Positions 55,519 to 64,000 of a stretch of 64,000 nt of DNA are shown here, in pieces; the first letter of the stretch is position 1; each line of letters starts with the position of its first letter. The translations under genes and the position numbers were made by a program. Under the pieces are notes generated by a model that was not told the DNA's origin, ran no database searches, and saw only the letters and a list, made by a program, of their open reading frames with translations. The stretch comes from Candidatus Versatilivorator sp. (GTDB taxonomy: Bacteria; Acidobacteriota; Terriglobia; Versatilivoradales; Versatilivoraceae), in the NCBI GenBank assembly GCA_965207735.1, contig OZ242296.1:1440001-1504000 (forward strand), in the 5' to 3' direction.

Positions 55519-56342
55519 TGAACAAACGCCACGCCCATTCGGATGAAGCTCCGGCCATAGAGCTGAAGCACGTCACCAAGTACTACGACGACGCCCCGGT
55601 GTTGAAGGACATTTCCTTCTCCGTAGAGCGCGGGGAAACCAAGATCATCCTGGGAGGCAGCGGCTCGGGCAAATCCACCATTCTCAAGTTGATTATCGGC
55701 CTGGTTCAGGCAGACGAGGGTGAAATCTGGGTGGAAGGCCGGAACATCACCCGCTATGGCGAAAGACCGCTGATGGAGGTCCGCAAGCACATCGGCATGG
55801 TGTTCCAGGAGGGGGCGCTGTTCGACTCTCTCTCCGTGGCGGAAAATGTCGGTTTTCGACTCTACGAGCAGGGCGAACTGGAAGAGGACAAGGTCCTGGA
55901 AGTCGTAAGGAAGACCCTGGGATTCGTAAATCTGGAAGGCGCCATAGACAAGATGCCCTCGGAACTATCAGGCGGCATGCGCCGGCGGGCGGCCATCGCC
56001 CGGGCATTGGTGGGGACCCCCAACATCATGCTGTACGATGAGCCTACAGCCGGATTGGACCCCATCACAGCCCGAACCATCAACGAACTGGTCATCAAGT
56101 TGAGAGATCTGGAGGATGTCAGCTCGATCTTCGTCACCCATCGCTTGAACGATGCCTATACGCTGGCCAATGAACGCTTTATCCAGGAAAATGGTCGTTG
56201 GGTCGTCCACCGGGAGTTCACCGATCCCGGTCGAATCAATACCCACTTCATCATGCTGAAGGACGGCGGAATCATCTTCCAAGGAACGGACAAGGCGCTG
56301 AAGCACAGCCGAGATCCATACATTCGGAGATTCCTTATTTGA
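55518..56342 (+). CDS. mlaF: MlaF family ABC ATPase
   Basis: GGSGSGKST, FQEGALFDSL, LSGGMRRR, YDEPTAGLDP; TGATG overlap with mlaE. Confidence 0.92.
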   Translation: MNKRHAHSDEAPAIELKHVTKYYDDAPVLKDISFSVERGETKIILGGSGSGKSTILKLIIGLVQADEGEIWVEGRNITRYGERPLMEVRKHIGMVFQEGALFDSLSVAENVGFRLYEQGELEEDKVLEVVRKTLGFVNLEGAIDKMPSELSGGMRRRAAIARALVGTPNIMLYDEPTAGLDPITARTINELVIKLRDLEDVSSIFVTHRLNDAYTLANERFIQENGRWVVHREFTDPGRINTHFIMLKDGGIIFQGTDKALKHSRDPYIRRFLI

Positions 56343-56353
56343 GAGGAGGTACC

Positions 56354-57427
56354 ATGGCTCGACAATCAATGGCTTGGAAAGAACTGCGTGTCGGTATTGT
56401 GGCCATTTCGGGTTTTGTGATCCTGGCAGCCGCCCTGGTCCTGGTCAGCGGCGGACGGGGGCTTTTCACGCCCAAATACACCGTCAAGACCCATCTTGAA
56501 AACGCCTCCGGCCTGCGCAGGGGATCCTTGATCTGGTTGGCAGGGGTTGAGGTGGGCAGCGTGGGCGAGGTCCGGGTCTCCCGCTCGGACGATCCTGACA
56601 GGGCCGTTGAGGTCCACATGAAAATCGATCGGGTCTTTCAGCAGTCCATTCGCCGGGACTCGCAAGCCACTCTGGGTTCCATCGGCCTTCTGGGGGACAA
56701 GTACATCGAGATTTCGCGCGGATCGCAATCCGAGCCCATGGTCTCGGATGGTGGTGAGATCGACGGCTCTTCCCCGCCCGACATCAAGAGGATCATCCAG
56801 GGGACCAACGACCTCATGGCCAACGTCGGCGACCTGGTCCAAAAAGTCACCGGAATCGCCGGCAAGATCAACGTCCAGGAGGGGACCCTGGGAAAGCTGA
56901 TCAACGACCCCGCCATTTTCAACAACCTCACCGGAACATCAGAGGAACTGAAGGACCTGGTCAGACAGATCACGGCCGGCAAGGGGACTGTCGGCCGCCT
57001 CGTCTCGGATCCCCGGCTCTACGAGGAGTTGCAGAAGACGATTCAAAAGGGACAGAACGTGGTGACCAAGGTGGAATCGGGAGAGGGAACCTTGGGAAAG
57101 GTCGTCAACGATCCCGCGCTCCATGATCGGACCGAACGCATGCTGGCCAGGGTCGAAACGGTGGTCAAGAGAATCGAGGATGGAGAAGGATTGCTTGGGT
57201 TGTTGTCCAAGGATGAAACGCTCTACCGTGAATTCAACCAGAGCATGCAGAAATTCACCGATGTCGCCGACAAGATGAGCCGGGGCGACGGCACCGTTTC
57301 CAAGCTCCTGAAAGATCCTTCTCTTTACGCCAACCTCGACGAGGCTTCAGCCGAGCTGGTGAAGTTCATCCACGACGTCCGAGTCAATCCTAAGAAGTAT
57401 CTCCGCATCAAGTTGAGCCTGTGGTAA
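56354..57427 (+). CDS. mlaD: MlaD/MCE family protein
   Basis: ELRVGI, ASGLR.G....AGVEVG.V, GLLGDKYIEI, repeated GTLGKL..D..LY helices; GAGGAGG ribosome site. Confidence 0.9.
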   Translation: MARQSMAWKELRVGIVAISGFVILAAALVLVSGGRGLFTPKYTVKTHLENASGLRRGSLIWLAGVEVGSVGEVRVSRSDDPDRAVEVHMKIDRVFQQSIRRDSQATLGSIGLLGDKYIEISRGSQSEPMVSDGGEIDGSSPPDIKRIIQGTNDLMANVGDLVQKVTGIAGKINVQEGTLGKLINDPAIFNNLTGTSEELKDLVRQITAGKGTVGRLVSDPRLYEELQKTIQKGQNVVTKVESGEGTLGKVVNDPALHDRTERMLARVETVVKRIEDGEGLLGLLSKDETLYREFNQSMQKFTDVADKMSRGDGTVSKLLKDPSLYANLDEASAELVKFIHDVRVNPKKYLRIKLSLW

Positions 57428-57599
57428 AGCCAGGGCCGCGTTTTGTCGGCTTGACAATCGAGGGGCTCGCGACCTTCGCGGGCCTTTCAGCCGGCGCCGG
57501 CAGCCTGGAGAAACAGCGGAGTCTCCAGATGGACATGTTTTGACTTTTCAGTCGATTAGAACTATTATTGGCGACTTTCCGAGGCCAAAAAAAACTCCC

Positions 57600-58082
57600 A
57601 TGCCCATCGACATCAAGAGAAAGCTGGAAGAAGAGATTCGTCTGATTCAGCACGAGTTGACCAAGGAACTCCCCAAGGAGTTGAAGAAAGCCATCGCGCT
57701 GGGAGACCTGAGCGAAAATGCCGAATACCAGTCGGCCAAGCAGCGGCAAGAGATTCTCAACGCCAAATTGGCTCAACTAGGCAAGAGATTGGCCGACGTG
57801 GCCATGATCAACTTCGACAGGATACCCAGGGATCGGGCCTCCTATGGGTCCACCGTTGTCCTCTATGACCTTCAGAAAAATGTCGAGATCACCTACAAGC
57901 TGGTTTCAGCCGAAGAGTCGGACATTCGAAACGGCCTGATTTCGACGTCCTCCCCCATCGGCCGGGGCCTGCTGAACAAGAGAGAGGGGGACACGGCCAA
58001 GGTAAACACACCGGGCGGGATCAAGGAATTCGAGATCTTGAGCCTGACCACCATTCACGATCAATCAGAGGACACCAAATAG
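57600..58082 (+). CDS. greA: Transcription elongation factor GreA
   Basis: GDLSENAEY, IS..SPIGRGLL. Confidence 0.93.
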   Translation: MPIDIKRKLEEEIRLIQHELTKELPKELKKAIALGDLSENAEYQSAKQRQEILNAKLAQLGKRLADVAMINFDRIPRDRASYGSTVVLYDLQKNVEITYKLVSAEESDIRNGLISTSSPIGRGLLNKREGDTAKVNTPGGIKEFEILSLTTIHDQSEDTK

Positions 58083-58088
58083 CCGGCC

Positions 58089-58754
58089 ATGCTGAGCCAA
58101 ACCATCGGCAGGATATGCAGAGCCATCCTCAACCTCATGGTCAGGGGAATTTCTCTGTTGGGAGTCAATCCCAACCTGCTCACTTTTGTCGGATTTCTGA
58201 TCACTCTGCTGGCTGCCTATTTTCTGGCCGAGGGGAGATTCTTCGATGCCGGGATCGTCATCATATTCTCGGGCGTCTTCGACATGCTGGACGGCCGGCT
58301 GGCTCGGATAACCAACAAAGTCACCAAGTTCGGCGCCTTCTTCGACTCGGTCCTGGATCGGTACTCCGACATGGCTCTCTTCCTCGGATTGCTGATTCAC
58401 TACGCCCGCATTGAAGAGATGACTTACCTGGTGCTGGCCGGCGTCGTCATGATGGGCGCCGTCATGACCAGCTACACCCGCGCCCGGGCAGAGTCGCTGA
58501 TCCCGCTCTGCAAGGTCGGATTCATGGAGCGCCCGGAGCGGCTGGTCCTGATCATCATCGGCGCTCTGTTCAACAAGATGGCTCCGGTCCTGTGGGTCAT
58601 GGCCATCATGAGCAATCTGACCGTCGTCCACCGCATTGTCTACACCTGGAGGCAGGCCTCCGGGGAAAGCCCGGCTGAACAGGCCGACGCCTCCCCGAGC
58701 TCCGATCCCGGCCGGCCGAAACCTCACGAATCCGCGCCTCAGGGCCTCCACTGA
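58089..58754 (+). CDS. CDP-alcohol phosphatidyltransferase
   Basis: PNLLT, DMLDGRLAR....T.FGAFFDSVLDRYSD, SYTRARAE. Confidence 0.92.
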   Translation: MLSQTIGRICRAILNLMVRGISLLGVNPNLLTFVGFLITLLAAYFLAEGRFFDAGIVIIFSGVFDMLDGRLARITNKVTKFGAFFDSVLDRYSDMALFLGLLIHYARIEEMTYLVLAGVVMMGAVMTSYTRARAESLIPLCKVGFMERPERLVLIIIGALFNKMAPVLWVMAIMSNLTVVHRIVYTWRQASGESPAEQADASPSSDPGRPKPHESAPQGLH

Positions 58755-58864
58755 TTTCCATGGCGGAGACCTGACAAGAGGCTGTATTGGTGCTAAAATA
58801 GGATTGGTCGCAGATTCACCGGGATTGGTCATCGAGGGTGATAACCAAGAGAGGAGCGAGTTCG

Positions 58865-59881
58865 ATGAAACGTAAGCTCAGGCAGTTATTGGCCATGACC
58901 TTGGCGGCATTTCTCGGATTCGGGATCCATAGTCCACTTCTGGCGGGACAGAAGCAAAACAAGAAAAAAAAGAAGAATGCGGACGTAGAGAACGTCGGCA
59001 ACCGGGAAATCAACAAACGCAGCTTGAACTTCTATTCGATCGAGCGGGAGATCGCCCTCGGCAAGCGGCTGTCCATGCAGATCGAGCAGCAGGTCAAGCT
59101 GGTCACCGACCTGGAAATCAATGAGTACGTGAACCGGGTCGGCCAGAACCTGGTTCGGAATTCCGACTCCAAGGTGCCGTTCACCATCAAGGTGGTGGAT
59201 TCGGACCAGGTCAATGCCTTCGCTCTGCCGGGCGGATTCTTCTATGTCAACGCCGGCCTGATCACCTCGGCGGACTCGGAATCGGAGCTGGCCGGCGTGA
59301 TGGCCCACGAAATAGCCCACGTCACCGCCCGCCACGGGACCGAGAACGCCACCAAAGGCCAGATCGCCAACTACGCCATGCTGCCCCTGATCTTCATGGG
59401 GGGCGCCCTCGGTTACGGCCTCTACCAGGCCGCCGGATTCCTGATCCCCCTGCAGTTCCTGCATTTCAGCCGGAAAGCCGAAACCGAAGCCGATTTTCTG
59501 GGGCTGCAGTACCTGTACAAGACCGGGTACGATCCGACCTCTTCGGTTTCCTTCTTCGAGAAGATTCAGTCCCTGGAGAAAAAGAAGCCGGGCAAGCTGG
59601 CCAAGGCATTTCGCACCCACCCCCCGACCGGTGATCGAATTGTCAAAACCCAGAAAAACATCGCCGGCGTTCTTCCGGAGCGGGAGCAGTACGTCATCAA
59701 CACCTCGGAGTTCGACCGGATCAAGTCCAAGCTCCTGGCCCTGGAGAATGCCAGCCGCCCCAAGAAGGGTGAAAAATCCAACCGCCCGTCCCTGAAGCGG
59801 CGCACCAGCGGAGAGGTGGAGGAAGTCTCCGACGACCCGGCGGACGACGAGGAGCGCCCCACCCTCAAACGCAGGAAGTAG
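58865..59881 (+). CDS. M48 family metalloprotease (BepA-like), exported
   Basis: Signal peptide, NAFALPGG, LAGVMAHEIAH, E.EAD, THP. Confidence 0.9.
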   Translation: MKRKLRQLLAMTLAAFLGFGIHSPLLAGQKQNKKKKKNADVENVGNREINKRSLNFYSIEREIALGKRLSMQIEQQVKLVTDLEINEYVNRVGQNLVRNSDSKVPFTIKVVDSDQVNAFALPGGFFYVNAGLITSADSESELAGVMAHEIAHVTARHGTENATKGQIANYAMLPLIFMGGALGYGLYQAAGFLIPLQFLHFSRKAETEADFLGLQYLYKTGYDPTSSVSFFEKIQSLEKKKPGKLAKAFRTHPPTGDRIVKTQKNIAGVLPEREQYVINTSEFDRIKSKLLALENASRPKKGEKSNRPSLKRRTSGEVEEVSDDPADDEERPTLKRRK

Positions 59882-59904
59882 GGTTTCCGCGGAAACGCCA
59901 AACG

Positions 59905-59942
59905 AAAAAAGCCAGCGACCTTTCGGCTCGCTGGCTTTTTTT
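59905..59942. terminator. Bidirectional intrinsic terminator
   Basis: aaaaaa-gccagcga...tcgctggc-ttttttt between convergent genes. Confidence 0.85.
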
Positions 59943-59972
59943 GTTTGAAGATTCGACTGGAATCGAATCGGG

Positions 59973-60242
59973 CTACAGCTTCTTCAACTCCTCCGCGTAA
60001 TACTTGCGGTAGAGGATGTCCCACTCCAGGCTGCCTTCCGGAACCGTCTTTTTCTGGGATTCGATCTTCCTTCTGGCCTCCTGGTCCAGGCCCTCCTCCT
60101 TCTTCATCTCTTCGTTCAGAATCCTCACGATTTCCAATCGAATAGTATTTCGGTCCTCGACGAATTCCACTTCGTCGCGAGTCACAAGCTCATCCGTCAC
60201 CACATGAGCCAGCTTGTTGATCTTGTCGCGGCTCAGGCGCAT
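59973..60242 (-). CDS. DUF507 family protein
   Basis: MRLSRDKINKLAH...EGSLEWDILYRKYY.EEL. Confidence 0.8.
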   Translation of the reverse strand: MRLSRDKINKLAHVVTDELVTRDEVEFVEDRNTIRLEIVRILNEEMKKEEGLDQEARRKIESQKKTVPEGSLEWDILYRKYYAEELKKL

Positions 60243-60248
60243 GGCGGC

Positions 60249-60527
60249 TTACAGAATCACCTTCTTTTCCTTGACCAACCGGTTCTTCACCATCTTGAAC
60301 ATCTCATGATAGGACACGCCGGTTTGTCGCATGTGTTCCGCGTACTGCTGCAGCAGGTTTCTGGCTTCCTCGTTGATGCGATCCTCCACACCCAGTTCTT
60401 CGTCCATCACCGCCAGCACCTGGTCCCGCAGAGGGGATTGCACGGGAATCTCGATCATTTCCCGTTTGATCAACTCATCCACCACCCGGTGCGAGAGGTA
60501 GCGGACGTATTCCCTTTGCAGCCCCAT
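60249..60527 (-). CDS. DUF507 family protein (paralog)
   Basis: EL..EDRINEEAR..L, YHEMFKMVK..LV.E.KVIL. Confidence 0.75.
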   Translation of the reverse strand: MGLQREYVRYLSHRVVDELIKREMIEIPVQSPLRDQVLAVMDEELGVEDRINEEARNLLQQYAEHMRQTGVSYHEMFKMVKNRLVKEKKVIL

Positions 60528-60539
60528 AGGCGCGCTAGA

Positions 60540-60616
60540 TGGCGGGGCCGACGGGACTCGAACCCGCGACCTCTGACGTGACAGGCCAGCGTTCTAACCA
60601 ACTGAACTACGACCCC
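60540..60616 (-). tRNA. tRNA-Asp(GTC)
   Basis: 77-nt cloverleaf, anticodon loop CT-GTC-AC, GTTCGA T-loop, encoded CCA. Confidence 0.97.
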
Positions 60617-60636
60617 GCGGAAATGAAGGTTCACCT

Positions 60637-60712
60637 TGGTGGGCGGTACTGGGCTCGAACCAGTGACCCCATCCTTGTAAGGGATGTGCTCTCCCAGCTG
60701 AGCTAACCGCCC
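60637..60712 (-). tRNA. tRNA-Val(TAC)
   Basis: 76-nt cloverleaf, anticodon loop CT-TAC-AA, encoded CCA. Confidence 0.97.
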
Positions 60713-60748
60713 GTAACAGCCCGGCCACCCAGGCTCAAAACGGACTGG

Positions 60749-60777
60749 AATATACAATGGATGATACCCGAAGTCAA
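60749..60777 (-). promoter_or_regulatory. Promoter of tRNA-Val/tRNA-Asp
   Basis: TTGACT, 17-bp spacer, TATATT on the minus strand. Confidence 0.7.
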
Positions 60778-60873
60778 GGAACCCACCGGGCCGCTCCGGA
60801 AGGGGAAATGGCCAGTGGACGCCGCCATCTCCGACCATCCTCAGCCAGACCCGAACCGGACCTGAACCGGACC

Positions 60874-60902
60874 TTGACAGTCCTGTGAGTTGCTTCTAAG
60901 AT
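60874..60902 (+). promoter_or_regulatory. Promoter of tRNA-Lys/tRNA-Glu
   Basis: TTGACA, 17-bp spacer, TAAGAT. Confidence 0.75.
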
Positions 60903-60918
60903 AGCTCAGCTTTTGCGC

Positions 60919-60994
60919 GGGCCGTTAGCTCAGTTGGTAGAGCATCTCCCTTTTAAGGAGAGGGTCGCTGGTTCGAGCCCAGCACGGCTCACCA
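60919..60994 (+). tRNA. tRNA-Lys(TTT)
   Basis: 76-nt cloverleaf, anticodon loop CT-TTT-AA, encoded CCA. Confidence 0.97.
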
Positions 60995-61099
60995 GTGTTC
61001 TGTCTCGGATTTCTGAGACAGGACACCAGACCCAACCGTTGACCGAACCCTGCAGCCGGCCCGACCGCCGCACGGGCTGCCTGCCGATCCCGTCTCCGA

Positions 61100-61177
61100 G
61101 TCCCGTTCGTCTAGTCTGGCCTAGGACACCGCCCTTTCACGGCGGCAACAGGGGTTCAAATCCCCTACGGGACGCCA
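61100..61177 (+). tRNA. tRNA-Glu(TTC)
   Basis: 78-nt cloverleaf, anticodon loop CT-TTC-AC, encoded CCA. Confidence 0.97.
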
Positions 61178-61189
61178 TTTTTTTCAATT

Positions 61190-62461
61190 TCAGTAGTCGA
61201 TCCATCCCGCCGAGCGCATGGCCAGATGCAGCCAGGAGGAGCTCCAGGGGCCCGGGCGGCCGATCTCCTTGTGCCCGCTCATGGCAAATCCGACCGAAGC
61301 CAGCGAAACGATCAGCAGCATGTAGGCAATCCACCTGTAGCGACGGACGGGCATAACCTGTCGGACGACCGCAGGCAGGGTGAGCAACCAGAAGGGGATC
61401 AACCAGAAGAGCCAGCGCGCACCCTGGCAGTTCCCCCCATAGTTGTTGGTGTGCAGCGTGTATACGACCACCATGGTGGCGGTCAGCGCCCCTCCCAACC
61501 GGTAAATTCCCTGCAACCTGTCTTTGACGAAGAATCCCACGAAGGAGAGGATGAACACCGGGGTCAGGCTCAGCACGCCGTGGTGGCCCAGGATCAGGTT
61601 GAACAGGTAGAACCACTTGGGATCGTCGGCGGCGTCGATGCCCTTGGGTTGGTTCCAATAGCTGTCTTCATAGTGGTAGAGCGGCGAATCAACGTACAGG
61701 TAGTAAGGAAGCAACCCGCCGGTCGACAGGTAGAGGGTAAACAGGAAGGCGGCGCCCAGCAGGACTGCAGGCGGCAGAAACCAGGCAGCCGTAGCTCTGG
61801 GACAGGTCCGAAACAGCCATCCCATCAGGACCAGGGCCAAAGGCAAGGCCGGCATCTCGTTGGCGACGGCCCAGGCGCAGCACAAGCCGCAGATCGCAAA
61901 GTACTTCCACTCTCTCTGCCCCTCATAGGCAATGCGAATGAAACAGTAGAGCGCGAAGAAGGTGGCGATGGCCGCCTGGGTATGGTTGTTGAGCGTTACG
62001 CTGTAGGCGGTCAGATAGGTGCCCAGGCCGGCGGCGCAGAGACAATAGTGGATCGTGGAGGTGTCGAATCCCCGCCTGTGAAGCAGGCGCGAGTAGAGCA
62101 CCAGGAGCCCGGCAAAAGGGATGAGATTGATCAGGACCAGCACAAACCGCACGATGAAGTCCTGATGGTCGGGAAGAGTCATCCCCGTCACCAGGCCGAT
62201 GGCCCAGACCGGGCCCGCGATCAGAGTCGGCAGCAGAGCCGGCTTGCTGGAATAGAAGTGGTCCCCGCGCTTGACCTTGTCGATGGTCGGGAAGGGAGTC
62301 TCGTCAATGACGTAGCCCTGCCCGGTGTTCAGGCTCCAGACCGTGCTCCAGCGGGACTTGTCGTTGGCGCTGGAAATCGGCTGCAGCCGAAGCAGCGATC
62401 CAAAGATCAATCCGATGGCCACCAAAATGATCAGAGAGGTAAGGCTGCCGTGGTTGTTCAT
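61190..62461 (-). CDS. Polytopic membrane protein, possible GT-C fold glycosyltransferase
   Basis: About ten hydrophobic segments; first loop SANDKSRW...DKV...HFYSSKP; operon with GT2 and flippase-like genes. Confidence 0.55.
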   Translation of the reverse strand: MNNHGSLTSLIILVAIGLIFGSLLRLQPISSANDKSRWSTVWSLNTGQGYVIDETPFPTIDKVKRGDHFYSSKPALLPTLIAGPVWAIGLVTGMTLPDHQDFIVRFVLVLINLIPFAGLLVLYSRLLHRRGFDTSTIHYCLCAAGLGTYLTAYSVTLNNHTQAAIATFFALYCFIRIAYEGQREWKYFAICGLCCAWAVANEMPALPLALVLMGWLFRTCPRATAAWFLPPAVLLGAAFLFTLYLSTGGLLPYYLYVDSPLYHYEDSYWNQPKGIDAADDPKWFYLFNLILGHHGVLSLTPVFILSFVGFFVKDRLQGIYRLGGALTATMVVVYTLHTNNYGGNCQGARWLFWLIPFWLLTLPAVVRQVMPVRRYRWIAYMLLIVSLASVGFAMSGHKEIGRPGPWSSSWLHLAMRSAGWIDY

Positions 62462-62485
62462 GATCTTGCCCCGGGCCCGAATCCT

Positions 62486-63430
62486 TCAGGGCTCGCCGAT
62501 CCGTTCGGAGATGCTGTAGGGGCACTGGTCCCCCTGCCCGAGCCTCGAACCTGGAGATGTAATGAGTTCGGCCAGGATGCCCAGGGTCATCATCTGACCT
62601 CCCACAACCAGGCCGGCCACCGAGTAGATCAGCAAGGGGCGGGTGCCGATGGACCCCTCACCCGAAAGCCATACGCCCGCCAGGTAGGCCAACCCCAACA
62701 CCCCCGCCACAAACGCCAGCAGTCCCAGCCCTCCCAGCAGATGGATGGGACGCCGCCGGAAGCTGCCCAGGAATCCCAGGGTCGACAGGTCCAGCAACCC
62801 CGTCAGCAGACGTGCCGCTCCGTATTTCGAGCGTCCGTAGAGCCGGGGCCGATGCCGGGTTTCGATTTCGGTGACACGGAAACCGCTGCGATGAGCCAGC
62901 AGCGTGATGAAGCGGTGCAATTCCCCGAACAATCGGATCTCCTTGACCACCTCCGACCGGTAGCCTTTCAGGCCGCAGTTGTGATCGTGAAGCCTCAGAC
63001 CGCTGAAGGCTCCGACCAGCCAGTTGAAAAGGAGGCTTGGGACCCGCTTGTGCCAGGGATCGAAGCGTTGCCTCCTCCAGGCGGAAACCAAGTCGAAGCC
63101 CTCCTCGAGCTTGTGAATCAGCAGGGGAATCGAAGCGGGATCGTCCTGCAGATCGGCATCGAGGGTGATCACCGGATCGCCCCGGACACCGGCGAAGGCG
63201 GCGCTGAGGGCTGCCGACTTGCCGAAGTTGCGGCGAAAGCGGATGCCCCGCACTCGTGGGTCGGCCTCGGCCAGAGCCACGATCCTTGACCAGGTGGCAT
63301 CGGTGGACCCATCGTCCACAACGATGATTTCAGCCTGCAAGGCCGACGCCCCCAGCACGGAGTCGATCTCCCGGTGGAGCAGTTCCAGGCTGTCCTCTTC
63401 GTTGCGGGCCGGGACCACGATACTAAGCAT
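62486..63430 (-). CDS. GT2 polyprenyl-phosphate glycosyltransferase (ArnC/GtrB-like)
   Basis: LSIVVPARNE, VDDGSTD, RNFGKSAAL, LDADLQDDP, GELHRF, two C-terminal TMs. Confidence 0.92.
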   Translation of the reverse strand: MLSIVVPARNEEDSLELLHREIDSVLGASALQAEIIVVDDGSTDATWSRIVALAEADPRVRGIRFRRNFGKSAALSAAFAGVRGDPVITLDADLQDDPASIPLLIHKLEEGFDLVSAWRRQRFDPWHKRVPSLLFNWLVGAFSGLRLHDHNCGLKGYRSEVVKEIRLFGELHRFITLLAHRSGFRVTEIETRHRPRLYGRSKYGAARLLTGLLDLSTLGFLGSFRRRPIHLLGGLGLLAFVAGVLGLAYLAGVWLSGEGSIGTRPLLIYSVAGLVVGGQMMTLGILAELITSPGSRLGQGDQCPYSISERIGEP

Positions 63431-64000
63431 GGGTCCCCCCTGCCCTCTTCAGGCCATAAAGGACGGCCGCCATGACCAACTCGCCGCAAACCTGCAGGCC
63501 CCTGGCCGCGACGGCAGCCAGCGCCGCCGGTCCCTCGCCGACCGACGGGCCCAGGGTCTGCACCAGGAGCCATTCGCGAACCCCCAAACCCGCCGGAGCC
63601 ACCAAAACCACGAAACCGGCGGCAACGGCCAGTCCCGATGCCGCTCCCGTCAACACCGCTTCACGCAGCCCCGGGTAGTCCACTCCGATGCCGGCTCCCG
63701 CCAGGGGAAAGCTGGCGCCCGCCAGGATCCAGCCCAGAATCAGCAGCGGCGTCCCCTTCCAGAAGACCCTCCAGGATGGCACCGGCATAACACTTTCCTG
63801 CCTGTTCGCCCCCCAACCTGCCACTGCGGCAACCCAGGCGGACACCGGAGGATGGGAAGCAGCCAGCAGCGCCACCGACAGTCCAAGCGCCAGCCACAGC
63901 AGGGTGGGATCGCCACCCAGGAACAGCAACGCCAGGAAAGAGAGAAGCGCCCCGAATCCCATCACGTTAAAGGTCTCGTAGACACTCGAGGCGGTCACCG
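63423..64000 (-). CDS. UPF0104/lysylphosphatidylglycerol synthase TM (flippase-like) protein, 5' end outside window
   Basis: Hydrophobic helices with APAGLGVRE motif. Confidence 0.7.
   Translation of the reverse strand, partial: VTASSVYETFNVMGFGALLSFLALLFLGGDPTLLWLALGLSVALLAASHPPVSAWVAAVAGWGANRQESVMPVPSWRVFWKGTPLLILGWILAGASFPLAGAGIGVDYPGLREAVLTGAASGLAVAAGFVVLVAPAGLGVREWLLVQTLGPSVGEGPAALAAVAARGLQVCGELVMAAVLYGLKRAGGTHA

Noticed and set aside
60853-60874. gaaccggacct tandem duplication upstream of the tRNA-Lys promoter
   Set aside because: Two copies of 11 bp only; too little to support a function
60540-61177. tRNA cluster as an integration site
   Set aside because: No duplicated tRNA 3' end or integrase seen within the window; anticodons and stems look normal

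Overview
GC-rich bacterial chromosomal window, most consistent with an Acidobacteriota-type genome. That assignment is an inference from the gene neighbourhoods: dprA-topA-trmFO-xerC, tmk-holB-Hfq-like, paired DUF507 genes and mlaEFD-greA. Most of the window is housekeeping or envelope genes: an Lhr-like helicase, a MacAB-type exporter, aroA, an imuA-imuB-dnaE2 mutagenesis cassette, a cysM-mec-moaD/moeZ sulfur relay, rsmB-fmt-def, four tRNAs and a glycosylation triad. Mobile DNA is concentrated at about 10.8-12.8 kb and 19.6-25.6 kb. The main observation is an 869-nt ORF-less group II intron (24699-25567, minus strand). It sits exactly inside a copy of the terminal inverted repeat of the IS1380-family element at 10853-12550, and its exon-binding sequences are complementary to that repeat. 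This suggests a non-autonomous retro-element that targets transposon ends. Other notable items are a full-length GlnD with both catalytic motifs eroded, a 71-bp MITE with a perfect 8-bp target duplication, an active multi-PDZ HtrA coupled to a pseudo-protease, three toxin-antitoxin loci in different states of decay, and a long structured leader upstream of an Hfq-like gene. All calls come from reading motifs by eye; no database searches were run.
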